A stretch of DNA of 63,116 nucleotides, counting the filler. It is 7 parts of 7 records of this genome, joined end to end, with 100 filler letters (N's around TTAATTAATTAA, not from the genome) between each part and the next. Parts side by side here need not be neighbours in the genome. Positions count along the whole stretch, not along the records: positions 14,567 to 20,992 come from SRR31156797_657; positions 21,093 to 40,276 come from SRR31156797_659; 5 more parts are not named here. One strand, written 5' to 3'. Position numbers and translations under genes: made by a program. Each line of letters opens with the position of its first letter. The stretch's first letter is position 1. The notes beneath the pieces are model-generated. The model was not told the origin of the DNA. It searched no databases and saw nothing but the letters and a program-made list of their open reading frames with translations. Positions 18,006 to 28,736 of this stretch are shown here, in pieces.

Positions 18006-20110
18006 ATAGAAGATGTTTAGAGATAATTAATCATTTAATAGATAATAATAATAAAATCTCCATAAAAGAGTTAGCTGAAACATATGAAATCAGTGAGAGA
18101 AGTATCAGATATGATATTGATAATATAAACTACTTTTTTAAGAGAAATGGATTAAATGAATTAGAGAAGATTGCAAAAGGCGTATATGAAATTGATGAAA
18201 GTAAAGAGAATTTAACGGAAATTTTGGAATTACTTAACGTAAGATTTTATACTTTTTCAAAACATGAAAGAAAAGAGTATCTTAAAGCAGTTTGTTTATT
18301 TTCCGAAGAGGTAATCAGATTACATGAGATATCTGAAACTTTGTCGGTAAGTTTAAGTACGATAAAAATTGATTTGAAAGAAGTTAAAGCTTTCCTTGGT
18401 GAAAAAGATTTAAAATTAAAATTTTTATCTAAACTAGGATTAGTGTTAGAGGGAAATGAAGAAAATTTAAGAAAAGTTCAGCTTAAATTTTTACTCAATT
18501 ACTTGATGGTAGTAAAAGATAAATTGACTACTAAAAATACAGATGAGGAAACTTTAGGTTATAAGATTATTATTAAAGAGTTAATGAACTATTTTGAAGA
18601 TATAAATATACGAGATATAAGAATTTTTATAAAAAGAATTGAAAAACATCTGAATACGGTTATATCAGATGAAGCATATAAAGTATTGCAGTTTTACTTA
18701 TTAATTTCTATTAAAAGACTTGAAAAAGAGGATGCTATTAATGAGAGAGAAGAAAACGAAAGATTTCTAAAAAAAACTCAGGAATATAATATGCTTGTTA
18801 GGGAATTAAAGCATTTTGAGACTAATTTTAAGATTCAATTTAATGATTCGGAAACACTTCTTCTTACAGAGTTGTTTTTAGGAAGTCATTCATATAATTT
18901 TAATACTTCTTTTTATGAGAATTGGATAGAGATAGAGGTATCGGTAAATGAAATGATAAAAGAAGTAGGAGCATCAATTGGAATAGATTTGTCTAACGAT
19001 AAAATATTGTTAGATGGTCTTTTAAACCATTTGAAACCTGCTATTTATAGAATAAAAAATGATATTGTTCTTGAAAATGAAATATCAACAGAAGCAAAAC
19101 AGATGTATGAAGAGTTATTTGCAAATGTGAAATATGTGTGTTCAAAACATCTGGAACCATATATTAATAAAGAGATTCCTGATGAAGAGGTTGCATTTTT
19201 AACAATTCATTTTAGAATAGCAATTGATAGAAAAGCTAATGCTGTAAAAGATACTAAAAATGTAGTATTAGTTTGCGGTTTTGGATATGGAAGTTCCAAA
19301 CTATTATCACAAAAATTACAGGAAAGATACGACGTTAATATATTAGATGTTGTACCTTATCATAAATTTTTAGAGATTGAGAATTATGATGACATTGATC
19401 TGATTATTTCAACTCTTGAGATGGATAGACAGGTAGAGTATCCATTTCCAATTATAAAAGTTAATCCTATATTTTCTAAAAAAGATAGGAAAAAACTTGA
19501 GGAGTATGGTCTGGCAGAAGTTAGAAAAAAAATATCGTTGTGTAAACTCGTAGAAGTAATAACAAAGAATAATGAGATAAAAAATGAAGATGAGTTAGCA
19601 TCTCAATTAAAAGAGTTTTTAGGTTCAAAAGTATTTGATGATAGAGAGAGAATGAATAAAAAGAAACTAACAGATCTCTTGTATGTTGAAAATATAAAAT
19701 TGGATTATGAAGCTAATGACTGGGAGGAAGCGATAAGGTTAGCTGGTCAGGTGTTGGTAGATAATGATTCGGTGAAAGAAGAATATATCGAAGATATGAT
19801 AGCTTCGGTAAATAAAAACGGAAGTTATATGGTAGTAGCAGATAAAATTGCACTTCCTCATGCTAGAAATACAAGCTCTGTATTAAAGACTGATATGAGT
19901 TTAATTAGACTTAAAGAAGCAGTAACTTTTCCTGAAAATAAAAAAGTTAAAATTATTTTTCCGTTTTCCAGTGTAGATCAAAACGAACATATTGAGGCAT
20001 TAACCCAATTAGTAACTTTGATTGAGGATTATGATCTGATCAAAGTTATAGAAAGCTCTGAAACATCAGTAGAGTTAAAAGAGTTTATTGTAAAAAATAA
20101 AGATATTTAA
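17999..20110 (+). CDS. MtlR/LicR-type PRD-containing transcriptional regulator
   Basis: N-terminal HTH (ISERSIRYDI), second HTH, PRD His (LLNHLK, FLTIHF), EIIB VCGFGYGSS, EIIA IALPHA; overlaps the PTS stop. Confidence 0.88.
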   Translation: MLNRRCLEIINHLIDNNNKISIKELAETYEISERSIRYDIDNINYFFKRNGLNELEKIAKGVYEIDESKENLTEILELLNVRFYTFSKHERKEYLKAVCLFSEEVIRLHEISETLSVSLSTIKIDLKEVKAFLGEKDLKLKFLSKLGLVLEGNEENLRKVQLKFLLNYLMVVKDKLTTKNTDEETLGYKIIIKELMNYFEDINIRDIRIFIKRIEKHLNTVISDEAYKVLQFYLLISIKRLEKEDAINEREENERFLKKTQEYNMLVRELKHFETNFKIQFNDSETLLLTELFLGSHSYNFNTSFYENWIEIEVSVNEMIKEVGASIGIDLSNDKILLDGLLNHLKPAIYRIKNDIVLENEISTEAKQMYEELFANVKYVCSKHLEPYINKEIPDEEVAFLTIHFRIAIDRKANAVKDTKNVVLVCGFGYGSSKLLSQKLQERYDVNILDVVPYHKFLEIENYDDIDLIISTLEMDRQVEYPFPIIKVNPIFSKKDRKKLEEYGLAEVRKKISLCKLVEVITKNNEIKNEDELASQLKEFLGSKVFDDRERMNKKKLTDLLYVENIKLDYEANDWEEAIRLAGQVLVDNDSVKEEYIEDMIASVNKNGSYMVVADKIALPHARNTSSVLKTDMSLIRLKEAVTFPENKKVKIIFPFSSVDQNEHIEALTQLVTLIEDYDLIKVIESSETSVELKEFIVKNKDI

Positions 20111-20212
20111 ATAACTATAAAAAGACTAAAGTTATTAATTCAAACATAGGGCTAATGATATAAAGTCAAATTCAAACATTTTGACTTAAAAAATATACAA
20201 GGGGGAATGTAA

Positions 20213-20992
20213 GTGAAGGCATTGAGATTTGATTATTCAACAGCAGGGGATTTTATTGAGGAACGTGAACTACAGTTCATGGAAAGAAAAATCAATGTGA
20301 TCTCTGAGTATTTGGAGAGTAAAAGTGGTCCGGGAAATGATTTTCTGGGATGGCTTGACCTGCCAGTTAATTATGACAAAGAGGAGTTCGAAAGAATCAA
20401 AGTTGCAGCTGAAAAAATTCAGAAGCAATCAGAAGTATTAATTGTAATTGGTATAGGAGGATCGTATTTAGGGTCGAAAGCTGCAATTGAATTTTTAACT
20501 GGAACTTTCTATAATTCTAGTCCAAAATCTGAAAGAACGACTCCTGAAGTATACTTTGCAGGAACGAATATTAGTGGAACTTATTTAACAGAACTTATTA
20601 AGCATATTGGTGACAGAGATTTCTCTGTAAATGTAATATCTAAATCAGGAACTACAACTGAACCGGCGATAGCTTTTAGAGTATTTAAAGAGATGTTAGA
20701 AAACAAATATGGAAAAGACGGAGCAAAAGAGAGAATATTTGCTACAACAGATAAAGCAAGAGGAGCGCTTAAGAAATTAGCAGATGGCGAAGGTTATGAA
20801 ACTTTTGTTGTACCTGACGATGTAGGTGGAAGATTTACTGTACTTACACCAGTAGGTTTACTTCCTATCGCAGCTGCAGGAATAGATATTGATGCTCTTA
20901 TGCAAGGTGCCGCTGATGCAAGAGAAGCATACAAAGCACCATTCATGGAAAATGATTGTTATAAATATGCAGCAGTTAGAAATATTTTGCAT
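20213..20992 (+). CDS. pgi: Glucose-6-phosphate isomerase (partial)
   Basis: [38 protein letters not shown]. Confidence 0.96.
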
Positions 20993-21092
20993 NNNNNNNN
21001 NNNNNNNNNNNNNNNNNNNNNNNNNNNNNNNNNNNNTTAATTAATTAANNNNNNNNNNNNNNNNNNNNNNNNNNNNNNNNNNNNNNNNNNNN
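20993..21092. other. Artificial contig spacer
   Basis: N44-TTAATTAATTAA-N44. Confidence 0.99.
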
Positions 21093-21122
21093 TATAAGAA
21101 ACTAATTAAAATTTATATAAGG

Positions 21123-22775
21123 ATGATGCTAATGAATAATCAAAACGAACAAAACTATTCAGCTCAATCTGTATTGAAAATTAATGATTTTAATCAACCG
21201 GAGCAACAATTTATAGAAAATTTAAGTCAAAATTGCAAAATGGAAATAAGTGATGTAATAGATAAGCTTATGAGTAATGAGGGATTAAGTGAAAATACTC
21301 ATCCGACTTTATTGGAGAATGGCAGCATAAAAATACTTAATCTTTCACCTGAATTTTATAAACTAAAGGAAATTCCTAATTTAAGGTTTTTACCACAATT
21401 AAAAAAGTTTTATTTAAGTGAAGATTATAGAAAAACAAGAATGAATCGCATTAAAAAAATTGATTTAACAACTTGTCAAAATTTAGAGGTAATTTCTATT
21501 TGTGCCGGTAAACTTACAGAATTAAAAATTAATTCTCCAAAATTAGAAACATTGATATTACGGGCACCAATATTGAAAAACTTTGAATTCAATGATTTAA
21601 GTCAAATAAGGAATATTGAATTTGACAGTATAGCAGAATTTGATATTAGTCAGCTTAAGATTAATTGGAGCTTAATAGAGAGTTTATCTATTAAAAGAAT
21701 GGCTCAAGATATACCTGTTAAAGAACTTATAAATATTCAAAGACTAACTCTTGATTTTTTAAAAGATGTAAATATTGATCAATTTTATGAAAAAAAAATT
21801 AGTTTAGAGGCACGAAGTCTAGAGTATCTTGATTTAACAAATACGAATATTAAAGAAATTTATTTGGATAAGTGTATTAATCTCAAAAGCTTGATATTAA
21901 CAGAAAAAAAGTTAGTAAATGCTAGCTTTAACTTTGAAAATATTGAAAAGCTTGATATAAATGCCAATTTTCCATTTTTAGGCTCAGATCATCTAAATAA
22001 ATGTAAGCAACTAAAAGAACTTAGAATAGTTGATTATCGAGGTTTGACTCTAAAACTTCAATTGGAACAACTTCAAAAAATTTATTTACTTGATCCGGAA
22101 ATTATTACTTTAGATGTAACTCTATGTCCTAAATTATACGATTTAAGTGTGACAGGTAGACTTGCAAATGTTGATAAGCTTAAAATGCGTTGTGAAGACA
22201 TGGAACTATTTATTAATTATGCTACAATAAAAACTCTAGATATTTCTACCAGTCAAGATAGTGCATATTTAAAATATACTGTAAATGCAATGAATATAGA
22301 TAGTTTAAAGTTAATTTGTAGAGACACTCAGCTTGAACGACATAAATGGCTTAAAAAAGATTTTTCCAATATCAAAATTATTACAAGTAACAATATTGAA
22401 TTAGATAAAATGCTTGATAGTTATAATTTTGATGAAGGGAATAAGTTTTTGGAATGGATTATCAATCATCCCAATTGTGATAAAGGAACAGCTCTAAAAA
22501 TGTATTGGAGACTTGGTAGTGCATGGCATTCTCAATATGAAAGCAAGACTGAAATCCCCTCACATGCCAGAGAAGATTACGATCTTATTAAAAAAATTGA
22601 GAAACTCTATTTGGCCGGTTATTTTAAAAAGTGTAATGTAGCATATGAACCTGAAACAGATTTTATTACTCCTTACGAGGATGTGATGATTAAGGAGCGA
22701 ATACCAGATGTAATGTTTCTGTCTACCAAAGTAGAAGGGATAAAATCTATACTAAAGGGATTGCTAAAAAAATAA
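21123..22775 (+). CDS. Leucine-rich repeat protein with C-terminal DUF4274-like domain
   Basis: Repeated LxxLxL units; C-terminal YNFDEG...WIINHPNCDKGTALKMYW. Confidence 0.75.
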   Translation: MMLMNNQNEQNYSAQSVLKINDFNQPEQQFIENLSQNCKMEISDVIDKLMSNEGLSENTHPTLLENGSIKILNLSPEFYKLKEIPNLRFLPQLKKFYLSEDYRKTRMNRIKKIDLTTCQNLEVISICAGKLTELKINSPKLETLILRAPILKNFEFNDLSQIRNIEFDSIAEFDISQLKINWSLIESLSIKRMAQDIPVKELINIQRLTLDFLKDVNIDQFYEKKISLEARSLEYLDLTNTNIKEIYLDKCINLKSLILTEKKLVNASFNFENIEKLDINANFPFLGSDHLNKCKQLKELRIVDYRGLTLKLQLEQLQKIYLLDPEIITLDVTLCPKLYDLSVTGRLANVDKLKMRCEDMELFINYATIKTLDISTSQDSAYLKYTVNAMNIDSLKLICRDTQLERHKWLKKDFSNIKIITSNNIELDKMLDSYNFDEGNKFLEWIINHPNCDKGTALKMYWRLGSAWHSQYESKTEIPSHAREDYDLIKKIEKLYLAGYFKKCNVAYEPETDFITPYEDVMIKERIPDVMFLSTKVEGIKSILKGLLKK

Positions 22776-22800
22776 ATATAAACAAACTGAAGGAGGAGTT

Positions 22801-23970
22801 ATGAAAAAGATTATTTTTATATTTTTTGTGTTGATTACATGCTTATCTAGTTTTTCTGCACAAGATCTAAGTATTAATGTTTTAGATGCATCTATTAAGG
22901 GGAAACCTGTTATTGATGCAAAAATAACATTTGTTCAAAGAGGTAATAAAATTGATGCAGGTAAAACGGATTCACACGGAAGATTAATATTAGAAAATGG
23001 TATCTTCGGTGGAATTGACAATGATTCTATTGAAATAATTATAGAAAAAGATGGATATGCTACTTTAAAAACTAAAGGGCCGTTTAATGGTCTGACTTTT
23101 GCATTAAGTAAAAAAATGAAAGAATTGGATGGATTTAGAGTTGTGCTGTCTTGGGGAGAGCAACCTCTCGATTTGGATTCACATCTTACATTTAATGGAA
23201 CTCATGTTTTTTATGACAATAAAGTTGGCCCAAAAACAAATCTTGATGTTGATGACGTTGATAGCTTTGGTCCGGAAACAATTACTATTGAGAAAACTAT
23301 AGAAGGAACAGAGTATATCTATGCAGTACATGATTTTTCTAACAGAACTGATAATTTTTCATCTAAATTAACAGAAAGTGATGCTAAAGTAATAGTATAT
23401 ATTGGTGAAACTCAAATAGAAACATTTTATATTCCTCAGGATAAAATTGGTAACCTTTGGGTTCTTTTCAAAATAAATGGTTATGATGAGTTAAAAATAA
23501 TCAATAAATTTACTACAACAAATTCAGTTGAAGAAACAAATGAGTTATTATCTCAGATTTTAGCAGATTCAAGTATATTGGATAAAAGAATTTATTCAGA
23601 TGCTAAAAAAATGAATACAAAAGGTGAAAAGAAATATCATGAAGGGGATTTGGAAGAAGCTATAGAATACTGGAAAAAAGCAATTGCAATTTATCCTAAA
23701 TACTCTCAAGCATATAGTAACCTTGGACTAGGTTATCTAAAACAAAATAAACTTGCCGAAGCTATTTGGGCGAATAGAAAAGCTATTTTTCTTGCTGCCG
23801 GTAATAAAGCAAATATAGTTAAAGCTAGTTCATATTATAATATCGCAAAAATATTTGAGAAAATGGAAAATTACGAAGATGCTCTTCAAAATTATAAATG
23901 GGCGCTTGAAAATAGAGAACACAACGCTTATAGAAAAGGAATTAAAAGAATGGAAAAAGCACTAAATTAA
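22801..23970 (+). CDS. Secreted YfaP/DUF2135-like protein with C-terminal TPRs
   Basis: Signal peptide; RVVLSWG..PLDLDSH, LDVDDVDSFGPETITI; TPRs AYSNLG, SYYNIA. Confidence 0.8.
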   Translation: MKKIIFIFFVLITCLSSFSAQDLSINVLDASIKGKPVIDAKITFVQRGNKIDAGKTDSHGRLILENGIFGGIDNDSIEIIIEKDGYATLKTKGPFNGLTFALSKKMKELDGFRVVLSWGEQPLDLDSHLTFNGTHVFYDNKVGPKTNLDVDDVDSFGPETITIEKTIEGTEYIYAVHDFSNRTDNFSSKLTESDAKVIVYIGETQIETFYIPQDKIGNLWVLFKINGYDELKIINKFTTTNSVEETNELLSQILADSSILDKRIYSDAKKMNTKGEKKYHEGDLEEAIEYWKKAIAIYPKYSQAYSNLGLGYLKQNKLAEAIWANRKAIFLAAGNKANIVKASSYYNIAKIFEKMENYEDALQNYKWALENREHNAYRKGIKRMEKALN

Positions 23971-24009
23971 ATTAATTCTAAAAAAGAGCTTGATAATTAA
24001 TGAAAATAC

Positions 24010-24045
24010 AAAATCCTGATCATATTTATATTGATCAGGATTTTT
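24010..24045. terminator. Bidirectional terminator
   Basis: AAAATCCTGATCA...TGATCAGGATTTTT. Confidence 0.8.
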
Positions 24046-24051
24046 ATAATT

Positions 24052-25278
24052 TTAGTTAGCTGAAATCATAATATTAATAGTTGTTCCTTTATTTACTTCA
24101 GTTTCAATGTTAATTGAATTATTATTTCTCTTTAAAATTTCCTTACAAGTATATAGTCCTAAACCTTTTGATCCATTGCCCTTGGTTGAAAAACCAAAAT
24201 CAAAAACATTTTCCAACACTTCATCACTTATTCCTCTACCGTTGTCAGTGATTGAAATTATTATATTTTTTTCAGTTTGACTAAGTTTAACCTGAATAAT
24301 TTTCTCATCATGTTGCACTTGACCCAGCTCTTCATAACTATTTTTAATTATACTACTGAGTATTTGAATTAATGAACCCTTCTCACATAAAACATCGGAA
24401 ATTTTTCCGTAATCTCTTTTTATTTTAATTCCTCGCTTTTCAATAGGTTCTTTGTATAGATCTAATATAAAGTCCAATATAACTTTTAAATCATAATAGT
24501 TTTTTGTTCCTATTCCTTTTTCAAAATTTTGATGAAATTGAACAACTTCACTCATGTAATCAATTTTACTCTCAAGAAAATTAAGAATTTTTTTCTCCTC
24601 TTTTTTAGTATTTTTCATAAGTCGTAAAATCTCAGGAAGAGTTCTGGTTATTTTTTTTAACTTTTCTGTTTGATTTTCAACGAGATTTAATTCCGGCATT
24701 AAAATTTCTTCAGTAAATTTAATTGTTTTCTCTTCTTCACTTAAAAAATAATCTCGTAGTTCTTCCATTTCAAGGTGCAGGGTACTTAGGGCATTTCCAA
24801 AATTATGAATGATTCCGGAAATAACTTCGATAATACCTCTATTATACGCTTCATTAATTAATTGTTCCTGTTGAGTTTTGATTTGAATTGTAGCACAACT
24901 TAATTTAATATGTGTATCAATTCTGGCGAATAATTCAGTTTGATTAAATGGTTTATTAATAAAATCAACTGCTCCACTTTCAAAAGCCTTTGATATTTCT
25001 TCATTATCATTTTTTGCAGTTAATACTATCACAGGTATATCTTTTGTATCCTCATTTTCTTTTAATAATTTACAGACTTCATATCCGTTAATACGGGGCA
25101 TCATTACATCCATTAGTATTAAACAAGGTTTTTCTTTTTTTACAAACTCTATTGCCGTTTCCCCATTTAAGGCTAAAGCTGATTCGTAGCCCTTTTCCTG
25201 GAGCAATTTAGCTGTAAACTGAAGGTTTTTAGTGTCATCATCAACAATTAAAATTAATTCTTTTTTACAATGTACCAT
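24052..25278 (-). CDS. Soluble hybrid response regulator/histidine kinase (REC-HisKA-HATPase)
   Basis: ILIVDD, LMDVMMP, KPF; GIIHNFGN; DNGRGI, FGFSTK, GLGL; start 25278 follows a GGGGAG RBS (alternative 25293). Confidence 0.88.
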   Translation of the reverse strand: MVHCKKELILIVDDDTKNLQFTAKLLQEKGYESALALNGETAIEFVKKEKPCLILMDVMMPRINGYEVCKLLKENEDTKDIPVIVLTAKNDNEEISKAFESGAVDFINKPFNQTELFARIDTHIKLSCATIQIKTQQEQLINEAYNRGIIEVISGIIHNFGNALSTLHLEMEELRDYFLSEEEKTIKFTEEILMPELNLVENQTEKLKKITRTLPEILRLMKNTKKEEKKILNFLESKIDYMSEVVQFHQNFEKGIGTKNYYDLKVILDFILDLYKEPIEKRGIKIKRDYGKISDVLCEKGSLIQILSSIIKNSYEELGQVQHDEKIIQVKLSQTEKNIIISITDNGRGISDEVLENVFDFGFSTKGNGSKGLGLYTCKEILKRNNNSINIETEVNKGTTINIMISAN

Positions 25279-25341
25279 ATCTTTCTCCCCCATAGGACCA
25301 ATTTATAATGTTAATTCTATTTTACGCAATGATTATGATTT

Positions 25342-27909
25342 TTATTTAGTTTTATTTAGTTTATCAAGATTCTCCTCAAAATCTTTTAATAATTTATCAA
25401 TATTTTCTATATCGAATTCCTTAGCAAATCTTTGTAATCTCTTCCCCTGATTTGTCAAATATTTGATATTGAAATCAGAACCAAGTTTTGAAATATTTAT
25501 TCCAAAACTTTCTATTTCAGTCATTTTGATAACCTTAGTTAAATCGGGCATTTCAGTTAAAATTTTATTAGTCAGTATATCTATTAATTCGTTGTGTTTT
25601 GAAATATCCTCTATAATAAATTTTTTCTCATCGATTGATGTAGTTTCATATGTTTCAAAATCAATGTATGATCCTATCTCGTTAAATAATAAATGTAAAT
25701 TAATTGGTTTTGTTAGAAATCCATCAAATACATTATGACTTGCATCATTTTTTTGAAGAAACTGTGAAGTTGCTGAAAGTGCAATTATCGGGACTGCTTT
25801 TAACTTAGGGTTTGCACGTATCTTTTTAGTTGCTTCAATTCCATTAATTTGTGGCATCATAATATCCATCAATATAATATCAGGTATTAGTTCATTTGCA
25901 ATAGCGATAGCATCTTCCCCGCTTGAAGCTATAAAAACATCTAAATTAACTTTTTTAAGAATTTCATCTAATAAATCAAGATTTGAAATGTAATCATCAA
26001 CAACTAAAACTTTAGCAGATTCAAAAATTATATTATTTATATTTAATTTATTTTCATCATCTAAAGAGATACTTTTAGTTGCCTTCTTAACATTTTTAAG
26101 TGTTACAGTAAATTTACTTCCTTTACTTACTTCACTTTCAACACTTAGATTTCCTTTCATAGCAGTAACTAATTTTTTTGAGATAGTCAATCCCAGTCCT
26201 GTTCCTCTGAATTTTCTATTACTTTGACCATCTTGTTGCTTGAAGGCTTCGAAGATATGTTCTTGAGATTCTTTTGATATACCGATACCTGTATCTTCTA
26301 TTGAGATTATCAAATCTAAAAAATTATTATTATTAGACTCATAGGAAATAATCACTTTAACATGTCCTTTTTCAGTAAATTTGATAGCATTACCAATTAA
26401 GTTTAAAAGTATCTGTCGAAATCTCATTTCATCCAAAGCTAAAAATTTCGGAATATTCGGATCAACCTGGGTTACATATGATAGCATTTTTCTACTAATA
26501 TCCTGTTTGAATATATCTTCGATTTCTCTACAAATCATTCTAATGTTAACACTGGTATATTGTAGTTTTACTTTTCCTGCTTCGATTTTCGAAAGATCAA
26601 GTATGTCGTTTATAAGCGTAAGAAGTGCTTTTCCTGAGCTTTTTATTGAATTAACATAACTCTCTATCTTTTCATCACTAGCAATTGATGCTAGAAGTTC
26701 TGCAAAGCCTATGACAGAATTTAAAGGAGTTCTAATTTCATGACTCATATTTGCTAGAAATTCACTTTTTGCCAAATTAGCCTTTTCAGCCTCCTCTTTA
26801 GCGACCTCCATTTTGACCTGCATTTTTTTACGTTCTTCAACTTCCAATTTTAACTGCTTATTACTATTAATTAACTCAGTAGTTCTCTGTGTAACAACCT
26901 GATACATAAATAACATCGCAACAACATATAGAGTAACGAAAATAATTCCTAATACAAATATTATTTGCAAAAATTTAATTGATGGAGCGATGATCTCTTT
27001 GTCAGATTGAGTAAAAACGATATACCAATTGTATATTATATTATCTTTAGGTATATCAATTTGTTTATAGATATATCTTTTTTTTATATTTCTAAAATTA
27101 GCCTTAAATATACTTTTACTCTTATTAAATATTTTGTTGGATACATCTTTTAATTCTCCAGCACCTTTTTTATTCAAAATTAATGATTTGTCGGGATGGG
27201 AAATCATTACTGATCTATCATCCATGAAAAACAAATATCCTGTTTTCCCGACTTTTACTGTTTCAACAAAAGTATCAGTAAAATAGTTCATCTGCGGAGA
27301 AATAATAGCAACTCCTACTAATTTACCAGTTTCATCTTTTACCGGTGTTGATATAACGAAAATTGGGTTTTCTCGAAAAATACTTTTATATACTTCACTG
27401 ATAAAATAATCTTTTCCATTATATATCTCACTAATATAACTATAATGAGGCCCACATTTACCAATAGTTACCCCGTTTACAGTATCAGTTATAAATTGTC
27501 CATCGCCAATTATTTTATCTTCACCATTTACATTTATTATAATAGTCTCACCAGGTTTAAGCTTTGATGCTAAGGGTAAATTTTCAAAATGTGGATAATT
27601 ATCGTGAACAGCTTCAAGTAATTCAGTTGCTTCAGCTACTGCTTGAACATCACTTGGATTTTTACAAGCATTTATAACTCTTTTATCTGCTGCTATTAGT
27701 TTTACTGTATTGATTTGCTCATTGATCCAAGTCTCCAGCATAGCAGCTGTATGTTCAGTGGCTTGTTGTCCTAACCTTTCCATAGCCATTATTTGGTTAT
27801 CTTTTTCAGTTTGGTATATAATAAAACACAAAATAATGAAAAGTGAAATTATCATATATGTAATCCATTTGATAAATCCAAAAGAGGAATTCTGTTTTGA
27901 AAGTTTCAT
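25342..27909 (-). CDS. Membrane hybrid sensor histidine kinase (Cache-HisKA-HATPase-REC)
   Basis: Two TMs flanking a Cache-like domain (GKTGYLFF..HPD); MSHEIRTPL, NLIGNAIKFT, DTGIGI, GTGLGL, LMDIMMP. Confidence 0.92.
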   Translation of the reverse strand: MKLSKQNSSFGFIKWITYMIISLFIILCFIIYQTEKDNQIMAMERLGQQATEHTAAMLETWINEQINTVKLIAADKRVINACKNPSDVQAVAEATELLEAVHDNYPHFENLPLASKLKPGETIIINVNGEDKIIGDGQFITDTVNGVTIGKCGPHYSYISEIYNGKDYFISEVYKSIFRENPIFVISTPVKDETGKLVGVAIISPQMNYFTDTFVETVKVGKTGYLFFMDDRSVMISHPDKSLILNKKGAGELKDVSNKIFNKSKSIFKANFRNIKKRYIYKQIDIPKDNIIYNWYIVFTQSDKEIIAPSIKFLQIIFVLGIIFVTLYVVAMLFMYQVVTQRTTELINSNKQLKLEVEERKKMQVKMEVAKEEAEKANLAKSEFLANMSHEIRTPLNSVIGFAELLASIASDEKIESYVNSIKSSGKALLTLINDILDLSKIEAGKVKLQYTSVNIRMICREIEDIFKQDISRKMLSYVTQVDPNIPKFLALDEMRFRQILLNLIGNAIKFTEKGHVKVIISYESNNNNFLDLIISIEDTGIGISKESQEHIFEAFKQQDGQSNRKFRGTGLGLTISKKLVTAMKGNLSVESEVSKGSKFTVTLKNVKKATKSISLDDENKLNINNIIFESAKVLVVDDYISNLDLLDEILKKVNLDVFIASSGEDAIAIANELIPDIILMDIMMPQINGIEATKKIRANPKLKAVPIIALSATSQFLQKNDASHNVFDGFLTKPINLHLLFNEIGSYIDFETYETTSIDEKKFIIEDISKHNELIDILTNKILTEMPDLTKVIKMTEIESFGINISKLGSDFNIKYLTNQGKRLQRFAKEFDIENIDKLLKDFEENLDKLNKTK

Positions 27910-27963
27910 TTTATTACCTCCTAAATGGAAATCATATTGTTCGTATCTTTATTAACAGTATTA

Positions 27964-27992
27964 ATTATAGACTTAAACTAGGTGAATTTCAA
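27964..27992 (-). promoter_or_regulatory. sigma70 promoter of the hybrid kinase genes
   Basis: TTGAAA-N17-TATAAT, followed by AGGAGG RBS. Confidence 0.6.
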
Positions 27993-28657
27993 TACTGAAA
28001 ATGAATTTTTCTTACTAAAACACAACGAAAATGGAGAAAATATTCATTTGATACAGAGAAAAATCAGATTTGTATACTCAAATTAACTCAAAAAAAGTAA
28101 AAATAAATTTTAGAGGCAAAAAATATTTTTTTCAAGTTTATAAAAAATTGTATTGTTTTAAAGTTGACAATTTTCTTTAGTTGTCAACGAAAACTAAACT
28201 GAGATTTCCAAAAAAATATTGATTGTTTGATTAGTTCACCATAACCTAAACTAATATCAGTTGAAGACAAAGAGTAGGCAAAGTATATACTTGATTTGAA
28301 ATAATGATAATTGGAATAATCTATTGTAGGCTGCGATTTAAGACGAAATATTGATAATATTTAAAGATTTAATTAACAATACACTTGTGAAATAAATATA
28401 TTTGTTTCATCATTCTTTATTATTTATGTAAGAATAATATAAATCTGGCACATTTAAATTTTTTGTAACAATTTAAATATTTGTATTAAAATAATTAATA
28501 AATCAAGTTGATTAATTTATTATTGTAAATATAGAATTTGATATCTTTTTTTATAACATTTATAGCATATTTGAGTTTGTATAACTAAATCAGAGGCAAT
28601 TATATTCTTTGGATAATAATATAAAATTAAAACTGAGTAAATTTTCGGTAATTTTCA

Positions 28658-28686
28658 TTGCATTTTAAAACACAACGTAGTATAAT
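28658..28686 (+). promoter_or_regulatory. sigma70 promoter of the solute-binding protein gene
   Basis: TTGCAT-N17-TATAAT, AGGAGG RBS downstream. Confidence 0.65.
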
Positions 28687-28736
28687 TGTACAATCGAAAA
28701 AGATAGTAAGAAATCGTTTAGGAGGATGATGAGAAA

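Noticed and set aside
28185-28360. Minus-strand open stretch containing SIYF...SLGYGE, faintly like a K+ channel pore motif
   Set aside because: No start codon or RBS, short, no convincing TM helices; may be chance in AT-rich DNA, too weak to call a pseudogene
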